The notes under the pieces: generated by a model
What the model was told of the DNA's origin: nothing
Database searches by the model: none
Seen by the model: the letters and a program-made list of their open reading frames with translations, nothing else
Assembly (NCBI GenBank): GCA_951406725.2
Contig: OX597822.1
Coordinates: 3,658,001 to 3,722,000, forward strand
Reading direction: 5' to 3'
Source: Octopus vulgaris
Taxonomy: Eukaryota
DNA: 64,000 bases
Shown here: positions 41,053 to 52,579 of the stretch, in pieces
How positions within the stretch are numbered: position 1 is the stretch's first letter
Layout of the letters: every line of letters starts with the position of its first letter
Position numbers and translations under genes: made by a program

Positions 41053-41419
41053 TCTAATGAATCTAATACATAAATGTAGAACCTACAAAAGATATAAAGC
41101 TATTTTGTTTTTCTACTATTTATATGCTTGTGCGTACATGTATCAGTAAATGTATATATGCGAACAAATACATGACAGACGCATTTACATAAAATGTTGT
41201 TTATTCTTTCACTAGTTGCAGTCATTGTACTGTGACCAGACGGATTCGAAAAACATGATTGATTACATTCACACTAGTGCTTAATTTATTACTTTCGAAA
41301 AGTAAATTTTGAGTAAATTTTGGGAAATTTTGAGCTAAGAAACTAAAAGTACGTAGTCAAATGTCATCATACGTTTTATCCAAAACTCCAGATTCAGACA
41401 TACATTTGTCGAAATATTT

Positions 41420-41602
41420 GCTTCAAATTTTGGCACAAGTGGGAGTAGGCATGTCGGTTATAACAACCCAATTCTCGAATGGTAGTTATTTTATCAACCC
41501 TGAAAAACTGAAAGGTAAAGTCGACTTCGGCGGAACTCAGAACATAAATACTGACCAAATGCCGCCACGTATTTTGCCCTGCGTGCGAACGGTTCTGCCT
41601 CC
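41420..41602 (-). mobile_element. SINE family A (diverged)
   Basis: TTTTATCAACCCTGAAAAACTGAAAGGTAAAGTCGACTTCGGCGGAACTCAGAAC. Confidence 0.7.
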
Positions 41603-42699
41603 TCAGAACCTTCACTTGCTATAATATTTCCAAATATTATAGATCTCGTTTATGAGAAAATATTCTGTTGCTAATATTAATATGATACTATCGGATGTAG
41701 TTTCACAGACTGTATCCGAGAATTTGCAATTAGATATTTTCCTGCCATATATAACTGTAGTCTTATAAATATCGTAGAGCTTTTTTCCCAGGTCACAAAA
41801 CACAACAGGTATTTCTATGTTGTGAAACTAACAGAACTCAACATACGCGTTACACTAGAAAAGTTCCTTTCATCTGTCAGAACTGTACAACGTTTAGAAT
41901 ACATTTAATATAAAAGAATAATTATCCTCAAATCAGTCCAAATAACTGAAACCCATTAATCTCAGGCATTCACTTCATATCTGACAAGTTTCCAGTTATT
42001 CTCTTTGCTACGTTGACACGAAGTATTCACAGTGAATCTGTAAAGATACAAAGATAATAATGAGACTTCCAGGACAATAGGTGTATTTCTGTAATCTCCC
42101 AAGTTGATTCAATCTTTGTGCATGTCATGCGACAACTAATCAATTTTTATTTCATTGATACAGTCCAGGAAGAAAATGATCGTTACTTTAAAGCAAGGGA
42201 TGAAACAGTATGAGGAACGCTTTGGAGAGGACCCCTCAAGTTAAACAGGCGAATATAATGATAAGCGTCTTCTATGACAGCATGGTAATGTTATTTGAGA
42301 GGGTAAGCTGTCCGAAAAAATTTCAGGTACCAATATTATGAACCTGGGGTGTGTTCTTCTGTTCTGCCCTTAGCTTAAGGTTCGATTTTGGGACCTGATC
42401 TATAGTACAACCATATATTTTTTCACCCACCATAATTATTTCTACGTTGAAATACGCAAAACGAGATTTAAAAACAACTTAGTGATGGTTGCTGATATTT
42501 GGTTTACTGCTTGATGTAACCTGGTAAATCATTTATCGGTCGGCAAAGAGTCAGTTACATCTTCATAGCTTTGTATTGATATCATTCAAAACACCTTGCA
42601 AACACAGCTGCTTTACACGTCGGGTATTGGTGTAGTACCAACAAGTCCACAATCAGTTCTCATTAATGGCATAAAATATTATCATTATTATCATTATCA

Positions 42700-42900
42700 A
42701 GGCGGCGAGCTGGCAAAATCGTTAGCGCGCTTAGCAGTATTTCGCTACGTTCTGAGTTCAATTTCCACCGATGTTGACTTTACCTTTCCTCCTTTCGGGG
42801 TCGATAAATTAAGTACCTGTTACGCACTGAGTTCGATGTAACCGACTATCCTCCTCCCCCAAATTTCAGGCTTTGTGCCTATAGCAGAAAAGATTGTTCT
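42700..42900 (+). mobile_element. SINE family A
   Basis: AGGCGGCGAGCTGGCAAAATCGTTAGC...CCTTTCGGGGTCGATAAATTAAGTACC. Confidence 0.85.
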
Positions 42901-43346
42901 TATCATTACTCCGATCTTTCAATTTTGTTTCCATTTCTTGCCGAGTGACTTCCCGACGTTTAGGGCAGAGAAACTCACTGTATACATTGGTAGGCCATTA
43001 GTTCATTTATTAAGTCATATGATAGGAAAAAGAGGAAGAAAAACAGAGGAAAGACTAAAAAATGAAAAGAAAACAAAGAAAAGAAAAGGGAAAAGGAAAG
43101 AAAATTCACAGCGATAATGCTCTTCTCAGTACGCGTGACGTACCAGTTTAGATATTCTTTTGCAATTTCTGCGTGGATGGAAAGCCAGGGATCATCCTCA
43201 AATAATTTTGAGTTCCTTTTTTTTTTATCATTCCAAGGGCTCCTACGATCATTGATGTTGTAACCGTCTTTTGATGCCACATGTTTTTGATTTCAATTTG
43301 AAATTTTTTATACTTTCTGTGCTTATCAAATGATTTTTATCATCAC

Positions 43347-43388
<42 letters not shown>

Positions 43389-43457
43389 CATCATCATCAT
43401 CCTCATCCTCATCATCATCATCATCGTCGTAGTCGTCGTCGTCATCATCATTATTAT

Positions 43458-43660
43458 TAGCTGGCAGCGCGCTGGACAAAATGTTTAGCAGCATTTCATC
43501 CGTTTTCACTTTCTGAGTTCAGATTCCGCCGTTCATCCTTTTGCCATTCATCCTTTCAAGGTCGATAAAGTGAGTACCAGTGAAATACTTGGGTCGATGT
43601 AATCGATTAGTCCCCTCTACCAAAGTTTCAGGCCCTGTGCCTTTAGTAGAAAGGATTATT
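43458..43660 (+). mobile_element. SINE family A
   Basis: TTCTGAGTTCAGATTCCGCCG...CATCCTTTCAAGGTCGATAAAGTGAGTACCAG...GTAGAAAGGATTATT. Confidence 0.8.
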
Positions 43661-43667
43661 ACTATTA

Positions 43668-44218
43668 TTGAGTGAGAGAGCAGTGCATGCCATCAAAGGG
43701 ACACTGGGATACAAATAAACGAGACCCAATATACCCATCATGACTACCCGTCTGATAAGGGTACACCAGGCACATGCATCACAATGTGCGCGACATGGTG
43801 ATCTCATATCAAGATAAATAGCACATGACCTTGCAGGTGGGGCCTTGTTAGAATTTTCTTTAGGTCGAGTAGCCCATCCCAATCAAAAGTTTCCTGAATA
43901 AGGTTTGTTTTAAGGATGTTGAATAAAACACCCATGTTTGCAGAAGTGAATTATACAAATCCCACAAAGTTCCTCTCGAGACATGGCTATTATGATCCCC
44001 CAATACTTCTGCTCATGATCAGAGATACACTTATCGTCAGCCACTGAGGGCCATGCTCAACTGGTTAAGGTCAAACAACTGACATGCAAATCTGTGGTGC
44101 TGATCAGAATATTCGTTGTAGCCCATCTTTTATACCAAGACAAAACAATGTACATGATAACAATTCCAATAAGTTAGGATCAATAGACATGGAACCACTT
44201 CCTGGTATTGCATCAGGG

Positions 44219-44220
<2 letters not shown>
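43668..44220. mobile_element. ~550-bp non-coding insert bounded by (TAT)n on both sides
   Basis: Sharp junctions ATTATT|GAGTGAGAGAGCAGTGCATGCC and GCATCAGGGTA|TTTATTATT; no ORF of note. Confidence 0.6.
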
Positions 44221-44300
<80 letters not shown>

Positions 44301-44342
44301 CATTATTATCATTGCTATTGTTATCATCAACATCATCAACAA

Positions 44343-44388
<46 letters not shown>

Positions 44389-44404
44389 GTCATCATCATC
44401 ATCA

Positions 44405-44436
<32 letters not shown>

Positions 44437-44437
<1 letters not shown>

Positions 44438-46120
44438 GTTTGACTTTTGCTTCGTATGTGTACAGGTTGACTCCAAGTCTCACCCAGAGACCTCAAGAGG
44501 CAAAAAGCTAGAAGTTCTCGTTGGTTTTGCACATAGTATTGTTCTAGAGAATGTTTAAGAAAACATAAGAAAATTATGAGTTTCTTTTAAAGTTTGAGAT
44601 TACATGGGGAATATTTTACGTAGAATATGGATAGTTCCCATGAGCATTTTGGGGTTTCCTGGTATCTGAGCTAGGTAGGAATCAACCCAATTTGCTATCA
44701 TTCTTAGGGCACCTAGGACAACAGGTATTGTTTTAGTCTTGAAGTTATACATTTTGTCAATTTCTATTTCAAGATCTTTATACTTGCTCAGTTTTTGGTA
44801 GGTTTTTGAAAGATACAGTCATGTCGATTGGGACAGTCATACCAATGAGGAAGCATGATTTTTGTTAGAAGCCTTTCAATATAATGTCTGGCCTATTCGC
44901 ATCTGTCAGTTCCAGAGGGGTGAGATTTAATCAAGCACAGGAGATGGTTTGTGTTCTCACCAGTTTTTATCATGGGGTAGGTCCAGGTTTTTGCAAATTA
45001 CCCAGTGAATATATTGTTCTGCTCTATTATGCCTGTTGAGGTACTCTGTAGACGCAATTGTGGCAATCTTCATCTTTAATTACAGTTGTAAAAGTCCACG
45101 GCCACCCTCATTTCTTGGCAGGTAAAGTCTTCTAAACCTCTCTTAGGGTGGTGCAATCTATGTAATTTTCTTATTTTTCTGTCAAGATTACATATTTCAG
45201 TAATTGACCAGTTAAGGATATTGAAACTGCAAGTCATGACCGGATCGTTTCGATCCTGTTTCTTGCATTCAGCTCTGTCTTGAATATTGCCCTTACTCTG
45301 CGAAAACATTCTCTTTTGATCCTTTCCCTCATCACTGAATGTTTGATTCCGTCCCCTTCAAATACCCTTAGGTATTTGTAGTTCTAACTCCTTTTTGACA
45401 TTCTACTAGTCAAGATCAACGTTGGATGTTTTTGTCATTTTTCCTTTGATAAAGGTAGCTTTTGCACATTTATCGCGGCCAAATTGCATCCTGATATAAT
45501 CACTGAATCATTCAACAATCGCTAATAAGCCCTCTAGTTGTTGGTCATTTTTTTTGCAAAGAGCTTTAAATCATCCATGTAAGAGAGATGATTTATATTT
45601 TCATCAAATGTTTTATAGTCGTATTGTACGTCATCGAGCAATTTCGAGAGAGGCATTAAGGCGTGACAAAATAGGAGTGGTGATAGTGAGTCACCCTGGA
45701 AAATGCTACATGAAATGTTTACATCAACAGCATTGAGAGATTCATTGGTCTTGAAAACTGAGTTCAAAAACTGTTCAAATTCAGTGTGGTTCTCCATGAT
45801 TTCATACTTACAGACAAGAAGTTTCGCAGAGTAGGTGCTATTTTATACATTTCCACACATTTCTTAATCCAGCTATGTGGTGGACTATCCAAAGATTGTT
45901 TGTAGTCTATTCCAGGCTATCGACAGGTTTTTGTGTCGTTTGTGACAATCTTCCAAGATCATCTTATTGATGAGTAGCTGATCTTTACAACCATCGGATC
46001 CTCGTTTACATCCTTTCTATTCATTAGGGAATATACCACTTTCTATTAAAAAAACAAAACAACTATTGGTATATTCAGTCGGGACAGATATTAGTATTTT
46101 ATACATTGTTGTTAAGCAGT
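44437..46120 (-). mobile_element. R4/Dong-clade LINE, 5'-truncated (RT and RLE), 3' end in (TAA)n
   Basis: [87 protein letters not shown]; 3' UTR ends CAAAAGTCAAAC(TAA)n. Confidence 0.92.
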
Positions 46121-46137
46121 TTACGGCTCTATAGTTT

Positions 46138-46184
<47 letters not shown>

Positions 46185-46948
46185 TTCGTCGTCGTCGTCG
46201 TCGTCTTCTTCTTCGTCTTCTTCTTCTTCTTCTTCTTCTTCTTCTTCTTCTTCTTCTTCTTCTTCTTCTTCTTCTTCTTCTTCTTCTTCTTCTTCTTCTT
46301 CGTCGTCGTCTTCTTCTTCGTCTTCTTCTTCTTCTTCTTCTTCTTCGTCGTCGTCTTCTTCTTCGTCTTCTTCTTCTTCTTCTTCTTCTTCTTCATCATC
46401 ATCTTCTTCTTCTTCTTCGTCGTCGTCTTCTTCTTCGTCTTCTTCTTCTTCTTCTTCTTCTTCTTCTTCTTCGTCGTCGTCTTCTTCTTCGTCTTCTTCT
46501 TCTTCTTCTTCTTCTTCATCATCATCTTCTTCTTCTTCTTCGTCGTCGTCTTCTTCTTCGTCTTCTTCTTCTTCTTCTTCTTCTTCTTCTTCTTCTTCTT
46601 CTTCGTCGTCGTCTTCTTCTTCGTCTTCTTCTTCTTCTTCTTCTTCTTCTTCTTCTTCTTCTTCTTCTCCTTCTTCTTTTCTTCATATTCTTCTTCCTCT
46701 CCTTCTTCTTTTCTTCATATTCTTCTTCTTCTTCTTCTTCTTCTTCTTCTTCTTCTTCTTCTTCTTTTTCTTCCTCTTCTTCTCATTCTTCTTCTTGTTC
46801 TTGTTCTTCTTCCTCTTCCTCTTCTTCTTCTTCTTCTTCTTCTTTTTCTTCCTCTTCTTCTCATTCTTCTTCTTGTTCTTGTTCTTCTTCCTCTTCCTCT
46901 TCTTCTTCTTCTTCTTCTTCTTCTTATTATTATTATTATTATTATTAA

Positions 46949-46982
<34 letters not shown>

Positions 46983-47005
46983 GTTGTTGGTGTTGTTGTT
47001 GTTGA
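46138..47005. repeat. ~870-bp (CTT)n-based compound triplet array
   Basis: (CTT)n with recurring (CGT)3-(CTT)3-CGT and (CAT)3 blocks, then (TAT)n. Confidence 0.97.
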
Positions 47006-47304
47006 TGACAACTTTGTATTCAAGTACGGTGTATCTTGAGAAGATCTGAAAGGATACCAAAATGTAATAAATCAATATGCTACTAACGAAAGAAAAAATC
47101 CGAATTCTTGACTTTCTAAAATTATTGCCAAATTCTTCATGACAGGTAAACAATCGTTCCACAAATATCTACCTGCGTTTCGATCTTCATCACAATCGAT
47201 AGACATAGACAAGACTAATGAATGCGTCACAATGACTTATGTACAAGTATCCAGGATGGGCTTAAACAGAAACTCAGTTTTCAAGACCAATATATGACAT
47301 CACA

Positions 47305-47693
47305 TGTGGAGGCGCAATGGCCCAGTGGTTAGGGCAGCGGACTCGCTGTCATAGGATCGCGGTTTCGATTCCCAGACCGGGCGTTGTGAGTGTTTAGTGA
47401 GCGAAAACACCTAACAAAGCTCCACGAGGCTCCGGCAGGGGATGGTGGTGATCCCTGCTGTACTCTTTCACCACAACTTTCTCTCACTCTTACTTCCTGT
47501 TTCTGTTGTACCTGTATTTCAAAGGGCCGGCCTTGTCACTCTCTGTGTCACGCTGAATATCCCCGAGAACTACGTTAAGGGTGCACGTGCCTGTGGAGTG
47601 CTCAGCCACTTACACGTTAATTTCACGAGCAGGCTGTTCCGTTGATTCGGATCAACCGGAACCCTCATCGTTGTAACCGACGGAGTGCTTCCA
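47305..47693 (+). mobile_element. tRNA-derived SINE family D, full length, 13-bp TSD
   Basis: A-box TGGCCCAGTGGTTAGG, B-box GGTTTCGATTCCC; TSD ATATGACATCACA at 47292-47304 and 47694-47706. Confidence 0.95.
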
Positions 47694-47933
47694 ATATGAC
47701 ATCACAGAATCTATAGACGGTAGATGGGACGGTCATATTTGGCTTATTTGACACGGTTATCATCGGAGTTCTAGAACTCTCTTCGACCAGATATGACCGG
47801 ATGTCGGATGGGTGTGTTAGCAACAGTCGACGACCATGCGACTGACCAATAGGGGCTCAATCCGAATTATACGTCCATCGTCTATGTCATTCACGTAGGT
47901 TTACGAGGTCAGTTTTGAGTAGAATTAAACAAA

Positions 47934-48091
47934 CAGGAGTGGCTGTGTGGTAAGTAGTTTGTTAACCAACCACATGGTTCCGGGTTCAGTCCCACTGCGT
48001 GGCATCTTGGGCAAGTGTCTTCTGCTACAGCCCCGGGCCGACCAAAGCCTTGTGAGTGGATTTGATAGACGGAAACTGAAAGAAGCCTGTC

Positions 48092-48158
<67 letters not shown>

Positions 48159-48405
48159 TGTGTATGTGTGTGTGTGTGTGTGTGTGTTTCTGTGTCTGTG
48201 TTTGTCCCTCTAGCATTGTTTGACAACCGATGCTGGTGTGTTGACGTCCCCGTCACTTAGCGGTTCGGCAAAAGAGTCCGATGGAATAAGTACTGGGATT
48301 ACAAAGAATATGTCCCGGGGTCGATTTGCTCGACTAAAGGCGGTGCTCCAGCATGGCCGCAGTCAAATGACTGAATCAAGTAAAAGAGTAAAGAGAGTAA
48401 GAGTA
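47934..48405 (+). mobile_element. SINE family B, full length, CORE-like segment and internal (TA)n(TG)n
   Basis: CAGGAGTGGCTGTGTGGTAAG...GGGTTCAGTCCCAC...ATCTTGGGCAAGTGTCTT...(TA)n(TG)n...tail AAGAGTA repeats. Confidence 0.92.
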
Positions 48406-48555
48406 AACCAGCGACTATGCGTGTCTTGTTACCTGGTGGTCAGACAACATCTGACTTGGGTCACATGTAACTATTCGTTAACAGCTGATATGTGACTACA
48501 ATACACAACGAAATTCACAAAAGGTTGTTTAGATTATCGGGAATTCCTGCATTTT

Positions 48556-48788
48556 CGGCGAGCTGGCAGAAACGTTAGCATGCCGGGCGAAATGCGTAGC
48601 CGTATTTCGTCTGCCGTTTAGTTCCGAGTTCAAATTCCGCCGAGGTCGACTTTGCCTTTCATCCTTTCGGGGTCGATTAAATAAGTACCAGTTACGCACT
48701 GGGGTCGATATAATCTACTTAATCCGTTCGTCTGTCCTTGTTTGTCCTCTCTGTGTTTAGCCCCTTGTGGGTAGTAAAGAAATAGGTT
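48556..48788 (+). mobile_element. SINE family A, young copy
   Basis: Near-identical to 27318-27548 and 50168-50400. Confidence 0.92.
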
Positions 48789-48861
48789 TTAGGTACTTCA
48801 TAAAAGAAATTTGGCTTCAAGCTCGAGTTGAAACAGTTACAAGCTAGACTTCCCAGCTTAC

Positions 48862-48916
48862 CTCTTTTTTCATGTCTGATATGTGACACAACCGTCAATT
48901 GTTGAAAAGTTGCCGA
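48862..48916 (-). CDS. Candidate 55-nt exon (phase 0 to 1: SATFQQLTVVSHIRHEKR)
   Basis: Acceptor AATTTTCAG and consensus donor GAG|GTAAGC. Confidence 0.25.
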
Positions 48917-49159
48917 CTGAAAATTTTGTTTATGGTTTTTAATCAAAGACAAAAGCAGAAGCAAGAAATAAAATATCAACTGATTGATTGAAATGATAAT
49001 ACACGTCATTTTCAATAGTTGCAGCCATTGTTGATGTTATCTACGATTGCAATTACTAATCTTGACAGTTGACTTTTAACAACTTCATATATCTCTAAAC
49101 ATGTGTTCCATTACAAAGAATAAAATACACTAGGTACACTCAGAGAGTTAGACAAAAAC

Positions 49160-49322
49160 ATCATCAGACACGCACTTCCCATACTCTCCTACGTACATAT
49201 ACATATACATACATGTGTGTATGTGTGTGTATTTGTAAGTGAATATTTATATTCCCTCTCTCTGACTCTTTCTCTTTCTCCCTCTCCTCTCTCTCTCTCT
49301 GTATATATATAACTATATATAA

Positions 49323-49383
<61 letters not shown>

Positions 49384-49577
49384 TATATAGATATAGATAC
49401 AGATACACACACATATACACACATGCACATACACGCACATACATTTATCATGTATGTATATGGATGTGTGTGTATGTCTGTGTATGCGCACAAAATCGTA
49501 CATTTGCATGCATTATACATACGTCTACATACATATAATATATATATAAATATGTGTGCGCATTTATATTTATATAT

Positions 49578-49627
<50 letters not shown>

Positions 49628-49701
49628 ATATACATATATATACATATATATATATATATATAGTATGTATGTATTTACATATATTTCTGTGTATGAGAGA
49701 G

Positions 49702-49784
<83 letters not shown>

Positions 49785-49810
49785 CTGTGTATGCATATAT
49801 ATATTTATGT
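49160..49810. repeat. Compound (TA)n/(CT)n/(GAAA)n microsatellites
   Basis: Seen directly. Confidence 0.9.
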
Positions 49811-50167
49811 ACATTTTCTCTACGAACTAGACTAGACATACCCTGTTAGACTGTCTTTTGTTTTACTACTATGAACGAAATCATCTCTTAAGATCTGTTC
49901 TATCCTAAAGTCATTATACATCAAATCGTATTATACATCACAGTCCATTATGTTTCAAATCTTATATACCAATCTCATTATGTCTTCAGTCTTACTACAT
50001 ATATATATCAAGACCATTATATTTTAAGTCTCATTTTTTATTTGATGTCTGATTAGGTAACAAAGTTGCTTGTATCAAGTTATATTTTTTCTGAGTTTTT
50101 TTTTTAATATAAATTTGACCTGATTTTAAACAATATTATATATTGCTGTTGTTGTTGTTGCTGTTAA

Positions 50168-50490
50168 GGCGGCGAGCTGGCAGAAACGTTAGCACGCCGG
50201 GCGAAATGCGTAGCCGTATTTCGTCTGCCGTTACGTTCTGAGTTCAAATTCCGCCGAGGTCGACTTTGCCTTTCATCCTCTCAGGGTCGATAAATTAGGT
50301 ACCAGTTACACACAGGGGTTGATGTAATCGACTTAATCCATTTGTCTGTCCTTGTTTGTCCTCTCTGTGTATAGCCCCTTGTGGGCAGTAAAGAAATAGG
50401 TATTTCGTCTGCCGTTACGTTCTGAGTTTACAATCCACTGAGGTAATCCTTGGCTTCTATCCCTTCGGGGTCAATAATATTAGTACCAGT
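50168..50490 (+). mobile_element. SINE family A with partial internal tandem repeat
   Basis: GTATTTCGTCTGCCGTTACGTTCTGAGTT occurs at ~50216 and again at ~50400. Confidence 0.9.
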
Positions 50491-50494
50491 TTGC

Positions 50495-51195
50495 TACAAT
50501 CATTTGCCAAGACACACCCATTGTCCTGGGGTAAGTGAAGGATAAGAGATGTTACAGTATGACCGAAAGCTTGGGGAGAGGATGTAGTGACATATCTTCA
50601 TGTAATGAAACACAGACTTTGAAACGGATGCGGTTTTTCTAAGGATGTGGGCAATACTTGTCAGTAGAATCTTTTGGATTTCTCTAAGACAAGGTTCTTC
50701 TGGAATCTTATCTAGATGTTTCTGAAACCCCTTTTTTATCATACCTAGAGCACCTACAATAATAAGAACAGTTCTCGTTTTAAGATGCCACATCTTTTGC
50801 CTTTCAATTACCAGATCTTTATATTTACTTAGTTTGTCAAATTCCTTGAGAGATATATTTTTATCAGTGGGAACACTTACATCTGTTTATTTGTCTGCAA
50901 GTATTTTCTTACCGGTCTTTGATAATTATGTGTGTTCGATTCACCTGTCAGTGTTGACTGGAAAATTCCAGAGCATAGTAGCATTTTTACCTCCCACAAC
51001 TGGCTCAGGATTGTGTTCATATCAGTAAGCATGAGTCCTGATTTTGTAGTGTTCACATATTTTCCAGTGTAAATACTGTACGACCCTATCATGGCGATTT
51101 TTGTATTCGTTTGGTGTCAGAACAGGACATCTCGAGACGAGAGGGTCAATTGTTTCGTCAAATGTGTCGCAGAATCTGCATTTATGTTCAGAACC
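50495..51195 (-). mobile_element. R4/Dong-type LINE C-terminal (RLE) fragment
   Basis: HDRVVQYLHWKICEHYKI; KLSKYKDLVIERQKMWHLKTRTVLIIVGALGMIKKGFQKHLDKIPEEPCLREIQKILLTSIAHILRK. Confidence 0.88.
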
Positions 51196-51721
<526 letters not shown>

Positions 51722-51726
51722 CATCA

Positions 51727-51822
51727 TGTTTGGCTTTTGCTTTGTATTTGTACAAGTTGACTCCAAATCTCATCCAAAGACCTCAAAAGACCACAAGTTA
51801 GAAGTTCAAGTTGGTGTTATGA
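51727..51822 (-). mobile_element. Second copy of the R4/Dong 3' UTR abutting (TAA)n
   Basis: GTTTGGCTTTTGCTTTGTATTTGTACAAGTTGACTCCAAATCTCATCCAAAGACCTCAA matches 44438-44497. Confidence 0.85.
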
Positions 51823-52535
51823 CTAGTCCTAGACGTGAATGGCAGCGAAGGTGGCGCCTTTAGGTTGATAGCCGTGTATGCTCCGATAGGGGCTGGAAGG
51901 CCAGATTTCTGCAGGGGTCTTGAAATTTTCCTGTGAATGTTTCACAAATTAGTACTAGTGGGGAGACTGGAATAATATCTTGAACACACGAAAAGTCTGT
52001 GTAGGGCTAATACATAGAAGTGAATACAAAAGCCTTGGAAACATGCTTAGAAAATTTCATGTGTTTGAGAGGTACCGCCTGAATTTCCCTGATGTGCCAA
52101 TATGGACATGGAGCAACCACAATGGGTCAGTCACATCGTATATAGATAGAGTATTGGTTAGGTCAGTGAATAGGGACAGCGTAGGTTGTTCACAATTTAA
52201 ATTAGCTAAACAGATCACAACTTTGAGATCTGCATAATCGAGTTAGATAGGACCAGTAGACAAGGATCCGGACACTAAAAATTAAACGCGTTTTTTCCGG
52301 CACGCAAAGACTAGAGCGACCAGATTAATGAACTCGCTGGGCGGCAACTGACAGGGACAATCGTAAACAATCGGTGGTGGATCGACCTGAAGAGGGTGAT
52401 GACAGGAGATTCATTAGCGTTTAGCAAAATATCAGCAATAGAAAAAAGAATAGATTAGAGCGTGAACATAGGAGCGTGAAATTAGGAGAGGCGATTTGTG
52501 AGGGCACCGTGACCGATGTGTTAGGGGCGTGGATG
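51823..52535 (+). mobile_element. Tx1/L1-clade LINE apurinic endonuclease (APE) remnant
   Basis: FRLIAVYAP, LVLVG(D)WNNILN, PIWTWSNHNGSVTSYIDRVLV, GSGH*KLNA. Confidence 0.85.
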
Positions 52536-52579
52536 ATCGGATGTGTTACCGTGGATAACAAATGTGTTACGGATGTGGT

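Noticed and set aside
47305-47380. tRNA-like sequence (also 20345-20416 and 60415-60489)
   Set aside because: These are SINE heads followed by SINE bodies, two with TSDs; no complete cloverleaf or Pol III terminator.
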